NCBI GenBank assembly: GCA_000320545.1
Contig: ADNK01002140.1
Coordinates: forward strand, 1-64,000
Reading direction: 5' to 3'
DNA length: 64,000 nucleotides
DNA from: Bigelowiella natans CCMP2755
Taxonomy: Eukaryota > Protista > Cercozoa
Part shown: positions 1 to 12,720 of the stretch, piece after piece
Position numbering within the stretch: the stretch's first letter is position 1
How the letters are laid out: the number at the start of each line of letters is the position of its first letter
Notes under the pieces: generated by a model
Database searches by the model: none
The model's input: only the letters and a program-made list of their open reading frames with translations
What the model was told of the DNA's origin: nothing
Made by a program: the position numbers and the translations under genes

Positions 1-40
1 CGCGCCCCCTCGCTCACTCACTCCCCCCCCCTTTGAGTTT

Positions 41-75
<35 letters not shown>

Positions 76-256
76 TGAGAGGGGGCGTGTGTGTGTGTGT
101 GTCTCACACACACACACACACAGTGTGAGAGCTCTCTCTCTCTCTCTCTATATATCTCTCTCTCTCTATATCTATATATCTATCTCTCTCTCTCTCTCTT
201 CTTTCTTCTTTTCTTTCTCTCTCTCTCTCTCTCCCTGTGTTTCACCCAAAAAAAAA

Positions 257-330
<74 letters not shown>
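1..330. repeat. Compound microsatellite block (CA/GA/GT/CT/TA)n, probably intronic
   Basis: Directly visible dinucleotide runs. The ORF-track hits here (YIYI, SLSL) are translations of these runs. Confidence 0.95.
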
Positions 331-332
<2 letters not shown>

Positions 333-535
333 CCCTTCTGTTGTCTGTCATTTCTAGACGTAGCATTAGAAGATAGAATACGACAAAAATGGAAGAAGAA
401 GAAGAAGAAGAAGAAGAAGATACACCGAAATCATCATCGATACATTGGTATTTTTCCTGGCACTGAAAAAGCGGTCAATCACTGTTCAATAATGTGTGAT
501 TCACATACGGTTGCACCACCATCACCACAAACGCA

Positions 536-959
536 ATGTCTCTAGACCTTTCTGTATGTGGGAAAATCACGGATGAGGCCATCAATGAAATCGCGAAGGG
601 CTGCCACGGTACTCTTGCAACCTACTTCCTTTATGAATGTTGTTGTGACTAGTCGGTCCGAGGGATTACCAGCCATTTTTCATTGCGGGCATAATAAATT
701 ATCCTGCTTGCTATGATGAAAATGAGTGCAAATAACATCATTCTTCTCTCAGCAACTACCTGCTGTTGTAGTGTGTGAATAAATAAATAAATAAAATAGA
801 TCATTAATACTGCATTTTTGGGGTTTATTGACTGACGCTGGGCTTGTTACTGTTCTCCTCTATTACTCAGAGCTGAAAGAGTTGAACCTTGGCATTTGCG
901 AGAAGATCACTGACACATCTGTTAGTGCTGTGGCTGAGCATTGTGGGAAGCTTGAGGTA

Positions 960-991
<32 letters not shown>

Positions 992-1227
992 TTAGTACTA
1001 GCATAGAGATTAATCATCTTTGCGTCAATGTAACAAAGTCTGGAAGTACTGTCGCTCATTATGATACTTTTTGTCCTCCTGTCGTTTATTCACTAGGTGC
1101 TCAACATCTCCTGCTGCGACAAGGTCACGGATGAGGCCATCCAGAAACTCGTCAAATGCACAGGTAGTGGTAGTGGTAGTAGAAGTAGTAGTGGTAGGTA
1201 GTCGTGGTGAAAGTCATCATCTCTTTG

Positions 1228-1275
<48 letters not shown>

Positions 1276-1479
1276 CTCGTTTCCCTGCCTCACTGCTTGT
1301 CTTCATTTCAAGAAATAAATCATCATAGTTTTACGGACCCAACAAAATGATTCATCGATGATGAGATCTACGAGAGCCTTGCGACACGATGATAACCCTT
1401 CTTATCCGTGTCGCAACCACTATGAAAAGCACGAAGTCACGATTTCATAAAAACATATTTCCCTCCCCCCCCCTCTCTT

Positions 1480-1565
<86 letters not shown>

Positions 1566-2148
1566 TATGGTGAAAAACACAGAGCTTCGATCTCTAAATC
1601 TCTACTCGTGCAAACAAGTCACAGACACCAGTGAGTAGTGGTAGCAGTAGTGGTGGTAGCGTAGTAATAGTAGTAGTAGAAGTCAACAGAATCATTATTC
1701 TGAGTTATACGAATTAAATGATTATGTAGTGAGGGTGACGGTGTACATGCGTGTTGTGTATGCATCTGCATGCCTGGTTTTTTACATGCATATATTAGCA
1801 CCCAGCGTTGAGAAATACATCGTGTCTCTCGCTCAAACTTCCGCACAGCCGCACAGATGCTATCTTCTGCCATGGTGTTTGAACGTGCCCACATCTGAAC
1901 GATAACTGTGTTTACATAAAGGCATCAAGGAGCTCTCCAGCAAATGCCGAAAGTTACGTCATTTGGACCTCTTTTGGTACTTACTTCTCTGCGAAGATTG
2001 TTAGTTCAAGCGTTTTATCTTATTCTCGGTCGTGTATCCCTCTCGGCTGGAAGTGATATTATTCGTGATGTTCAGGTGCGAGGGTATCAAAGAGGAGGCA
2101 ATAGAAGTCCTGATGAAGAATATTCCCGAGTGTCGCATCGATCGTTAA
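536..2148 (+). CDS. Leucine-rich repeat protein, cysteine-containing subtype (FBXL/AMN1-like), 3' part; 5' exons may lie upstream
   Basis: GT-AG exons at ~536-608, 871-956, 1097-1163, 1583-1630, 1922-1975 and 2076-2148 splice in frame to LDLSVCGKITDEAINEIAKGCH-ELKELNLGICEKITDTSVSAVAEHCGKLE-VLNISCCDKVTDEAIQKLVKCT-ELRSLNLYSCKQVTDT-SIKELSSKCRKLRHLDLFW-CEGIKEEAIEVLMKNIPECRIDR*, matching the LxxLxLxxCxxITD pattern. Confidence 0.85.
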
Positions 2149-2199
2149 GTAGAATCGGACATTATATTATTCCTAGGGTCCTCGTCTTCGTTCCAGTCG

Positions 2200-2238
<39 letters not shown>

Positions 2239-2358
2239 TGCACATAGCATGTACACATGCACATGCATGTGTGCATGTGGCATGCTAGCATGCATGCGCC
2301 GCATCTTCTAGCTAGCTAGTCTTAGCAGGAACTCTACTCTGTGACCATGGTGAAATGC

Positions 2359-2446
2359 AAGACAGATGTAATTGATCAATTAAATTTGTTCAATGGTCAT
2401 CCTCATGTAGCTATGCAATGCTAGAATGCTGGCATGCAGCGGCTAC
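2359..2446 (-). mobile_element. 5'-truncated copy of dispersed LINE 3'-end element (copy 1)
   Basis: Reverse complement gtagccgctgca...ttgcatagctacatgaggatgaccattgaacaaatttaattgatcaattacatctgtct matches 16179-16258. Confidence 0.75.
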
Positions 2447-2799
2447 GCACGTGCAGCGATGACGCACTTTCGACGCATCAATGCTAGAATGTGCATGCTG
2501 GCATGCGCATGTTCAGTACAAAGCTAGAAAGTCTGGCAGACGACAATGGCGGCACAGCGTGTTGTGTGAACATGCCGCTACATGCATGCTAGCATGGCAT
2601 GGAGCAACGTAACATGATTATCAACATTCAAATGTGCCATCCGGAACAGAAAGAAAGAAACACGATGATCCACCAAATTTCGAATGTCTAGCTAGAGATC
2701 TGGAATCTCTGGAGATGACTGGAGATTTCAGGGATTTCGATCGAAAACCGGTGATCGGATCACAATCCAAAAAGAAGAACGAAGAAGAAGCCCTTCCGC

Positions 2800-3978
2800 A
2801 TGGACAGCTTTGATGATGGTGACAAGTTGATGGTGGTGAATGAACACAATGAGATCAACAAAGAAACACTAATGAAAGAACTTAAGGAAGTTTGTGAGCG
2901 TCCAGAGAGTGACAATGGCAGAAGCTTCTCCCAAGACAGCGAAACTTCGGTTTTCAAGGAGCCGAAAGAAGGGTACACATGGTGCGGCACGCGATGGCTA
3001 CCTCTCTGGAAGACTTACGGAAAGCCCAAACGAATCAAATTGAAAAGGATGAGTCCTATCACAACCAAAAAGAACAAGATGAAACGAATCAGTCGTATGA
3101 GAAAGAGAAGTATAACTAGAAAGCAGGGAAGATCAATCCGGAAAATATATGAACGTCGCAATCGAAGACTGCATTTGAAACAATGCAAGATTGGCTACAG
3201 GTTGATACTTAGAAATCTATGACAATGCCTTGAATTAGTTTGTCCTTCTTCAGAAAATCCCAAAATGAGAAACAAGATGTTCCAAAGTGCCATGGCGACG
3301 ATGGCGAAACCATTGCATCTCATTCAGAAGATTCGGTAAGAATTCATCCTTGGCAAACTCTGCTGAACTCAATAGACCAGGAGAATATAGAGTTTTAAAT
3401 TATAAGACGAAAGGTTGTCGGTACAACTGCCGAGTCTCCCGCTCTAACTTCCGATAACATTTCTTTGGTTCTTATTTAGGACAGTTCTGATTCTTCTGAA
3501 CTTTATCCTCCCTCGCCCGTCTCATCTATTGAAAGTTTTCCAAGTTCGCCGCCAAAGCCATTCAGACATTATCCTCTGAGCCGACTTGTAGGCAACTAAA
3601 ATTTAGATACAAATTTAAAAAAGAACTTCTTTGCCTTCATCAAAAGCAATTGGTATTTCATTGAGTTATAATGGTACAGGCGACTACTGCCCTTATCCGC
3701 GAATCAGATACCCCCATAATTCAGTGTGATGCCGAGAGTATTGAAGATTTTTCTTCCGAGCCTTCTTCGCCTGATGAAATCGTTCACGAAAAGGACAAGG
3801 TACAAAATCATTTTATTCCTCTCTTATCATTGAAAATTCAAAAGAATCAACCGTGATTTTACAGTCAGGGACTTATCGAGATATGCTTCAAGAACAAGAT
3901 GACTACCTGAGAAAACAATCACAGAACATTAAATCCCTTTGTACGCTGTTACAAACAACGAACTCCAATACTCACTGA
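2800..3978 (+). CDS. Hypothetical low-complexity acidic/Ser-rich protein, possibly a pseudogene
   Basis: Coding-like stretches (MDSFDDGDKL..., SSELYPPSPVSSIESFPSSPPK, AESIEDFSSEPSSPDEIVHEKDK, SGTYRDMLQEQDDYLRKQSQNIKSLCTLLQ) are separated by GT-AG introns. I could not splice 2970-3300 into a clean frame. Confidence 0.35.
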
Positions 3979-4544
3979 AGCGAAGCTATTCGATGCGATA
4001 TCTTACGTGACGAAAGCAAGGGTATACGAATATGCTTTCTTTCCAGAATATCGTTACGTAAGTTAGGGAGGGGGAATATGGCTGTAACAATGTCGGGATA
4101 GAAATCGGCGTTCTATCTATGACCTCATGCAATCTGCTAAGCGATATGATTCGTGCTATACTCGAAGCTAGTGCATTGTAAGGTTCAAGAGAGTGTAGGT
4201 CGAAGTACTTTAGGCGTTGCTAGCTCTGCGTCGCATCTACCATATCGTGCACTCGCATACTTATATTACATTACTATGCCGCTACATGACGGTATACATA
4301 TATGCAGATGTATGTATGGCTGAAGCTTAATGACGCCATGTCCAGATATCTAGCTATCCAAGATCTATAAATACCAAGCATAGAACGACCTATGCAAGCA
4401 TGTGGCAGGAATGCTAGAGTGCTCTGCAAGAGCTAACAATTCATGTCGTACAATGCATGCTATAGCATGCGCGGCAACATTATTGCAAACTTACAATATG
4501 CAGCAGCACATCCTGACACTGCTTCACTTTATAGATGCTCAATG

Positions 4545-7500
4545 TCATATTGGGATAACTTTCACTGAATCCAGCAATGAATCAATTAGCGCACTGTACC
4601 GTGTGTCATCTAAAATTCCATGCGGCGTACAGAAAGGCTTGATTTTGGGAATGTCACACTTTATGGACTTCGTGATCGACTCTGTGCAGAGGACACATAC
4701 ATTAAGTCTGCAGTGCCTTCGATACAGAAATGATGATACATGTACGCACCTTTAATGTAGTCTTCTATGTACGGCATCTTGTCGAAATTGCGGTGGCAGA
4801 TAACCTTTACAAATATTATACAAATTAAAATATTTATTTATGAATCCTGTGGGTCTGAAATCTTCGCTTCTAAAACTGAAATACCTGGAAACACCATGGC
4901 AATTCCTTGTGCCAGCCTGGATAATCAAGGAGAAATCATGGAAGTTGGCACAAAATAAGACCAAGAAGTGCAAGATATCGCGGAGGCGATGAGATGATGT
5001 TATTGGTTATGAAAATAAAGAAATTGGCTCCACTTTTGCCTCCCTCTCTTCTATGATCTAACGCCACGTTCTTCGGCACCTTGCCGCTGGATGTAGGTGA
5101 TAGAAGCATTTTCAGCCGGGGTACTTGCAAACCTTTGAAGTGGCGGTAAAAGTAATGATATAAGAAGTAATAGTAGTGGTAGAAGTAGTCGTAGTAGTAG
5201 TAGCAGCAGCAGCAGCAGCAGTAGTAGTTGCAGGTAGCATGAGTCGAATTGTCGGTTAAATATGGGAACGCAATCTATGCTATTGCACTATCAGCGGAAG
5301 CAGCTTAGACACAAGTTATACACGACAGCGTGGTGTGGAATCGACCAGCTAAGGCGTTCTTGCTCGTGAGGCCAACCAAACTGGTAGTGAAGAGGCGTGC
5401 CCTTGCGCTTATCTTGAGGCGACGGCGTGAGAGCTGACAACCACATGCGCTGGAAAAACGCCCTAGAGACACGATTCTTCACGAACATGATGATGCCAGA
5501 GTTGACGTCCATACTGTACGGTCCTCCGAAGTCTTTTAGATCATGAAGGCAAATAACGTTAGAATGAATGATGAAGATGGCTATAATGCTGCGGACAATA
5601 GTTGTAAGGTCTCTACTGCCCTTCAAGTCATGCACCAAGATTCTTTGAATGTCATCATAGTAATTTCCCACACATTATCGTTGCGGCGAATCTACAATGT
5701 AGCACTAGATCAGTACCGGTGTGACATACGGCGGTCCAGTGAGAGCGATCACGGACGACAGCGATAGGTCTAGTTCCGTTGAAAAACTCTGGTAGCATCC
5801 AACCGTAGGCCTAGAAGGTAGTACATGACGTTCGTGTGTGCGTACATGGAGAACCACCAAGCGCCGTAGCAGCACAATACTCCACGAGCATATGTGTGTA
5901 TGTGCGTATTTAATATATCTCTAGCGGACTGAGTGTGTAGGCGTACATAAATTTGCATATGCTCGAATGCTTGAGGTAACTATAGATGTTAGTGTGTTAG
6001 TGTTGACGGATACCGGTTCCCGGAATTCACAACATAATTTCTACATCACAAGGAGTACTTGCTTTGGAAGTATAGCTGTACTCATACGCACCTGCTGAAA
6101 GGTCTTCAGAGTGCGCGTATCGAAATGCGCGTCCGAATCCAAGTACGTGGCGATATCACCGTGCTCCATCACGTTGTCCAGCATGTGCAAAATCCCTTTA
6201 AGGTCCATCCAACTTGGATGGAGGGGAATGGGAGGGGCAGTAGCTACCTCTTGCTTTTTTGAAGATGATGATGAGGAGGAAGAGGAGGATGACGACGGCG
6301 ACGGTGGTGGCACATTGGGAGGTCCCGTGCAGCAATGTTTATTGACCTTTGTTGTTTAACAAAGACATCAAACCATACCAGACTCATCTTGTACATGCGT
6401 CGTGCGTGCATGTGCATATGGTGTGCGTATGGCGGTGAGCTTTTCCTCTCTCATCTCCCCCCCCCCCCCCCCCCCTTTATCTCCTAGTACAACCTGGCTA
6501 CCGGGAAACACCGGACATGATTTAAGGCTACAGGAAATATTGGATCGTAGATATATGTACTCATGCTTCTCTTTACTCATAGATGGCTGATGATAGCAGA
6601 ATAAACCAGACAAACAAAGGTGGATTTTTGGACAGTCCTGATTTGATTAATTCGTCTTTTTTTGTGTGTGAGAATCAGGAGAAGTATTACGATTATTGTG
6701 GTCCAAAATTGGTTTGCAGCAGCTACAAATGGTCGATATCCTTCCCCCCTGAGCAAGAGAAATGAGAGAGTGAGGAAGGAGGAACAGGAGAAGCCACAAT
6801 ATCAACGGAATAGTAGTGGATTGTAGCAAGTACACTTTCGTAGGTATAACTACTCCCATTAGAGATAGAGATAAACGATATATTCTCTATGTTTGGACGC
6901 TCATCACGAATGTCTTCACTCTTAAGTACCTCGGATCTCTGTTGTCGACTGTGAAAATGTAAAAGCGCCTGTTGCTGGGGTTTTTGATGAAGCGATCCGG
7001 CAAAACATCCGGTTCAGGAGCTACCTTGGGGGAATGGGGAGGGGGATAGCTAGGGTAGGGGGGGGGGCGTTTGCGCCGACGACGGCCGTTTCGGTCACTC
7101 TTCTTCTTGCTATCTCCTTGTTTCTTTGTTGTCGTAGATGTTCTTGTCTCTTTCTCTATCCTCTTCCTCGTTTTCGGAGCTGGTGAAGGCTGCTGTTCAG
7201 TCTGTGCCAAAGGGGGCATCGTGATTACCGTCACGTTTACTGTTGGTTTCTTCTTCTTCCTTCCTTGTAGAGTCGCACGTTGACTTGAGCTGCCACCGTT
7301 GTTCGATATCTCCTGATCAAAGAGCAAATATAGAACCACAGGAGGATGCCGAGAGACGTAAAATATTCTCCTTTTTCAACAATACCTCTGTCATCGTCAT
7401 CGACCGCTCTTCGCCATTCATGTAGCTCACGTTCATCAGGAGCAGCCCAATCGCAAACCTGAAGAGAGAGCACACTATGAATCGAAACCCATCATCACAC

Positions 7501-7581
7501 ATCCACAGGCTTCCCCTTCACGCACCCAGCCATGAGCCAAAGGAAGAAAGAGCGCTCTGGGAGAATCTGAGCCGCTCTCAT
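4545..7581 (-). CDS. Type II membrane glycosyltransferase, GT34 (GMA12/MNN10)-like GT-A fold
   Basis: N-terminal anchor MRAAQILPRALFFLWLMAG-FAIGLLLMNV, then a Pro/Lys-rich stem, HPSWMDLKGILHML...YLDSDA (DxD), DVNSGIIMFVKNRVSRAFFQRMW and WPHEQERL. Last exon ends ...LLDSVKVIPI* at 4545. Confidence 0.75.
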
Positions 7582-7827
7582 TCTCTCAGCACGTGCCGGC
7601 TGAGAGGCACCTGGCAGCGCTGCGACACTTGATCAATTACTGAGATAAGCAGAAAGATCCACGCGATCCTCGCGATGACAATACGCGACAACGATTTTAT
7701 TTATTTCTGTGCATAAAACCCCTCCATTTCACTTAGCATTGCGGGCCGAAATTGGGAATACTCAGCTTACTGGTCTGAATCTCCAGGGGTGCCTTTCTGA
7801 AGGCTCATCGCCCTAGATCTACTCACA

Positions 7828-10056
7828 ATGAAAGTTCTGCTAATTCGCCACGCCCAATCGACGAATAATGAAACCAATGAAACCATCAAGGAGGAGATGA
7901 AGGCCAAGTTCGGGACCGAAACGTCGTCTGCACCTCAATTTACCACCCACGACGATATTCGATGTCTGCTGAATGCTGCGTTCGCGTCCGTTCGCATTTT
8001 CGTTCGTTCTCGGATATTTTACACCCTCATCGGATAACTCTATTGGAACCATTAGGAAGCAGTGGAGGTTGGAAGCAAGACGCGAGTATTACAACCGTCG
8101 CTCGGCGGATCCTGCAATTACGTGAGTACTGCACATTGGCTTTGGTCACCTTAGTATCCGGTGTGTTCTGATAAATGTTTCTGCGCTCCTTGTTCCGTAT
8201 CAATTTTAGAGTGAAAGGTGCGCGTGAAGCAGAGGCATTAGGGGAAATTGTCTCGAAGATGCTGAAACGAGAGAAGAAGAAGGTAAAGCACTAGTTCATC
8301 TATGCATGGCATCCACACATGCTCTTGGTATACGGACTACAGTGAATGTGGATATCTTCATATCATCGTTCACCTTCGAATTTAACAGGCGTTAATATAT
8401 ACAAGCCCTCTGCAACGAACCATACTAACAGCATCGCCCCTAGCGAGGAAAATGGACACCAAAATCTTCGTAAAAAGGGACATCTATGAGGTGCAGTCCA
8501 AAGCAGCGAACGAGAAATTAAGCTTTTGGAAGTTTATACTCATTGATTGTATGTTGTTCGTACATACCGGATAACAAGGTGTACGGGTTCTATGAGACGA
8601 AATTAACTGCGAATGGCGAGCAAAAGCATAGTACATGTCCCTCTCCTACTCGAAAGGAGATACACTCAAAGGTTGAAATGATCTTGGATGTGCTCATTAT
8701 TCCACCAGGCTTCCTCAATCCTCTGACAATTATACCGTCATCATCGTCTTCCTACTTCTTTCATACTATTCTTTAGTATTCAATCGTGGGCGACTCTGAC
8801 ATTCAGGAATCCGGACCATGGTATCAGGTATTAGCTGTATGAGGGATCGAGCCACACGCTTTATGATGAAATGATTTTAGTGATAATTGTGCATTAAATC
8901 ATGTTGCTTGTTGGTTGTGTGTGCGTGAGACTGTGCATGCGTGCGTGCGTGTGTGTGTGTGTGTGTATGTGAACGTGTGTATGGGCAGCGGGTGTGAGCA
9001 TAAAGACATATAATAAACATTAGAGGGGGCATCGTGAAACCGAAGAAGAGGCCGAGGAAAGGGCAGCCAAGACAGTACGATGGATTACTTCGAAGTAACA
9101 GCACCTATTGTAGATTGATATTGTCACTACATACCGGGTATTAAACGTTGTAACATTGATTGGTCTGAAAGTAATATATGAATAAATAGGGAGATGAGAG
9201 AAAGGGTAGGCGAAGACAAAGTCCTTATAATTGTGACCCATGGCCATTTTATCGATAAGCTCATCAAGGTTTTCCTCCCTACAATAAAAAGATGGCAGCA
9301 TGCTATCTGAGATAGATCTCTATTTGTACAATGCGAACAGCACAAAATAGATGTGCAAAACCTCATTATTTGCCACATCGCCATCACTATCATCACATTC
9401 ATCCTCATCGCAGAGCTTTATGGCGGTCGATTCTTCTATAACTTCGACTCCTAGAAAGAAGACACTGGACCCGAGAAACACATCGATAATGCATATAGAG
9501 GTGTGGTGGTGACATTACATAAACAGCCCCATCCAATAATCATACCAGTTGAGGTTGTGGTCACACTCGGTTCCAATGGATACAAAATAATGACTGAACG
9601 AAATTCCAAGACATCACCTACGATTATTTCTGTAATTCTTTCAGTTCCGTTTAATCGTAGGGTACATCGATTTTGTTTAAAGTCTTGCCACTTTCTTACC
9701 CACGCATGCACATTCACGCAACTCCATTATTCATGCGTTGCTAATACATATTGAATTTTCTTCTGATCGTTACTACCTCCATCACTTTCAAGGTCGGAAA
9801 CGATGGCGACTGTGTTCTTCGCTTAGGAGACGCTCCCCACCTTGCAGTATCGGCATATAACAACGGCGACAACTCTGCTACAAATTCGTTTTCCGTCTCT
9901 GCCATTACTCTTATAGTTGGTAAGTGTACAGACTTATAAAAAATCGGTGCAGTTATTTTTTTGATATGTGTACATACATACGAAATAGGGATGGGAACAT
10001 CGTTTCTGCTGGGTGCTTTCTTTGCAGGGTGGAATAAGAAAGAGAAAACATCATAG
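7828..10056 (+). CDS. Histidine phosphatase / phosphoglycerate mutase family protein
   Basis: MKVLLIRHAQSTNN (RHG-type motif), IYTSPLQRT, IIVTHGHFID, RNTSIMHIE and LRLGDAPHL across about 11 GT-AG exons. Confidence 0.88.
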
Positions 10057-10348
10057 CGACTCGCTTCATGACACTTCCTAGACTTCAATCTAACAACTTA
10101 AAGGAAACGTATCGACACAGAGACAATGCTGTACACCTTTCTGTTGACCAAAAATAACAAGACACACAAGTAATGCCGCCCTGGCTAGCTGGGCATGTTC
10201 TATGTCACCGCATCTTGCTGGCATGGTACGTTGTTAATAACAATTATATATATTATATACATATCATATTAATTGTCTATCATAAAGTGCACGTCATGTG
10301 CATTCATCATGCACATCACATCACCGCTACAATTGCACAGTCTATAAG

Positions 10349-10405
10349 AGCTACGCAAGGATGACTTTTGAGCAAATTTAATTCAATTGATTACATCCGT
10401 CTTAT
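10349..10405 (+). mobile_element. Dispersed LINE 3'-end element (copy 2)
   Basis: agctacgcaaggatgacttttgagcaaatttaattcaattgattacatccgtct resembles 16205-16258. Confidence 0.7.
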
Positions 10406-11461
10406 GTACACGTGTGTCATGCAAGCATGATCAAAACACGTGTTTGTGTTTGATGCGGTACAAGGGCGCAAACACTCCACTCTAGCACTGCTGATGCACA
10501 CATTGTGCACATGTTGCATGGCATGCAGCTTTTTTCAGGGCTTATTTGCAAATGTCCAGGTGCACACATGTGTGGCGTGAGGTTCATTGCCACACCATCA
10601 TGAAATCGTGAATGACATGCGACGATGTGTGCCAGTGTGTTCAGTGCTGGCACCTGCATGCTCGGTACTGGATTCGCACTGCGCTTTGTGGCAGCAGCAT
10701 TTTGGCAACACAATTGGTTCTTGATCACCTTGGCAAATATAACTGGATGAGCAAGCCACACCACTGAATCCTTGGATGAGTTGTCGACTAGACTGGAAAG
10801 AGTGGATGAGAGCGTAACGCTGCTCAGTGGCAGTGAGCACAGACGTGCTTTTCGACGTAGATCTAGATCTAGCGCAGGGCAACAGAATTTTTCTTTGTAC
10901 ACTCGATTTTAGATTGTCGCATGACGAAATTCATGTGTAGCAGCTTGGAAGAAAATTGGAAGAATAAACAAGATTACGCCCGTCGCATCTCTAAAGTGCA
11001 GGCTGTTAATATCCGAATAATATTCAAAATTCTCCCTTAAAAAAAAAAAATCAAGATCCTCTCATTTTTGTAGACAAAGGAAACACTGACCAATTATATT
11101 GTGCGACTTGTTCTTTGACAAGACGTACACTTTAAATATCCATTCTAATGTGAAATAGGTGATGAATTCCTGAGTATTCATCTGACAACACATTCTTTCA
11201 ACCGCTAGCTTCATGTCTTTTTACCAGGTTTCTGTGCCAATCAGGTAATTTCTTGTAAGAACGCTTTTGATTTACAATATTCGACAACAAGAATATGATG
11301 TCGCACTAAAGTATCTGCCTCTGAGTTTCAATTAATATTTTGCACTGCCTGGCGTATGAGCTTAAAATTGGATTCTGTACATTGACTTCAATCGTCCACC
11401 CCCCCCTTCCCCTTGGACGTACTCGTGGGAATCGAGAAATTGATTTTCATATAAGCACATT

Positions 11462-12672
11462 ATGGATACATCTACACAAGTCACCGACCTGCATGTGCGG
11501 GACTGGATTCTAGATGTGCTGGGGATCGAGGATGAAAAGATGCGAAGTGCACCTTTAATGGAAATTCTGAAAGAGGGCGCTCTCTTGATCGATCTTGTCA
11601 ACATCTTCATCCGATCCGAGGATAACTATAAGAAACCCAAACGATCAGTGTCAGAGCTTTCGATTGTTCGAAGCTACGAGAACACAAACAAGTTCTTGAA
11701 CATCTGCCAGATCTATTTCCAGCTTCCAATGGTGGTGTTGTTTAGTTACAATGACTTCAAGAATAATAACATTGCTGCGGTTACTAAGTCCCTACTTAGC
11801 CTTCACAGTACAGTGATTAAAAGGGATGGGCTGGTTCATCCCCACATAAAGTGCCTTACCGACACAGGGCTAAGCAGCATGAGAAGTCCCCCTAAACTCG
11901 TCATAGCTACAACACATGTTCCGAAGCTGACTGATCCAGTTGTCCAACGTTTGAATTTGGAGAATGACGATGCAGAGATCGATCTTCAGGAAGATGAAGG
12001 TGATTATTCATCTTGCATTTGCAATGTTATCTTAGGTGATGAGGTGGCTCTTTCGAATGTTGACATAATTACAATCATTGTTATAATCTCTAGGGAACGA
12101 GCTTGACGAAATGAGAATGAAGTGTAAAGATTTGGAATCCAAATGCAAGCAACTCTCTAAACTAACCGAAGACCATAAAAAGCTCGAGGATAAGTATTCA
12201 CAACTCAAACAAGATGTCGAGAACAGCAAGACAGCGGAAGAAGAGCGGGAAGAATACAAACTGAAACTGATTGCTCTCGAACAAAAGTCTAAATTGATCA
12301 CCTCCGAGATGCAGCACTGGCAGGATGACTGCACCGAGTGGCAATCAAAGTACTCCACCATACATGGAAAGCTCACAGAGGCGGAGCAACGGCATAAGGA
12401 TCAGTTAGAGAGTATAAAGTCAAGACAAAGGGATACCGCTGACTTCGTTCTTGCCCCTTTGAGGGGGTTGAAACAGGAGTATGGTGGGTTCAGACAACAG
12501 ATCCAAGAGGAGTTATCTAAAATGAAGCAACATGCAATGAGCACTTCGGCTCAAATTCTCCACCGCATTAAAGACTCTGAAACTGAACATAACGAGAGGT
12601 TATACAACCCAAGCACAACAACTATAAGTTACAGTTCCTCGTCTACATTTCCCCACGATCTCGTTCTTTCAT

Positions 12673-12720
<48 letters not shown>

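Noticed and set aside
89-545. Short ORFs with YIYI/SLSL/CVCV/ERER runs here and throughout the window
   Set aside because: They are translations of intronic microsatellites, not genes.
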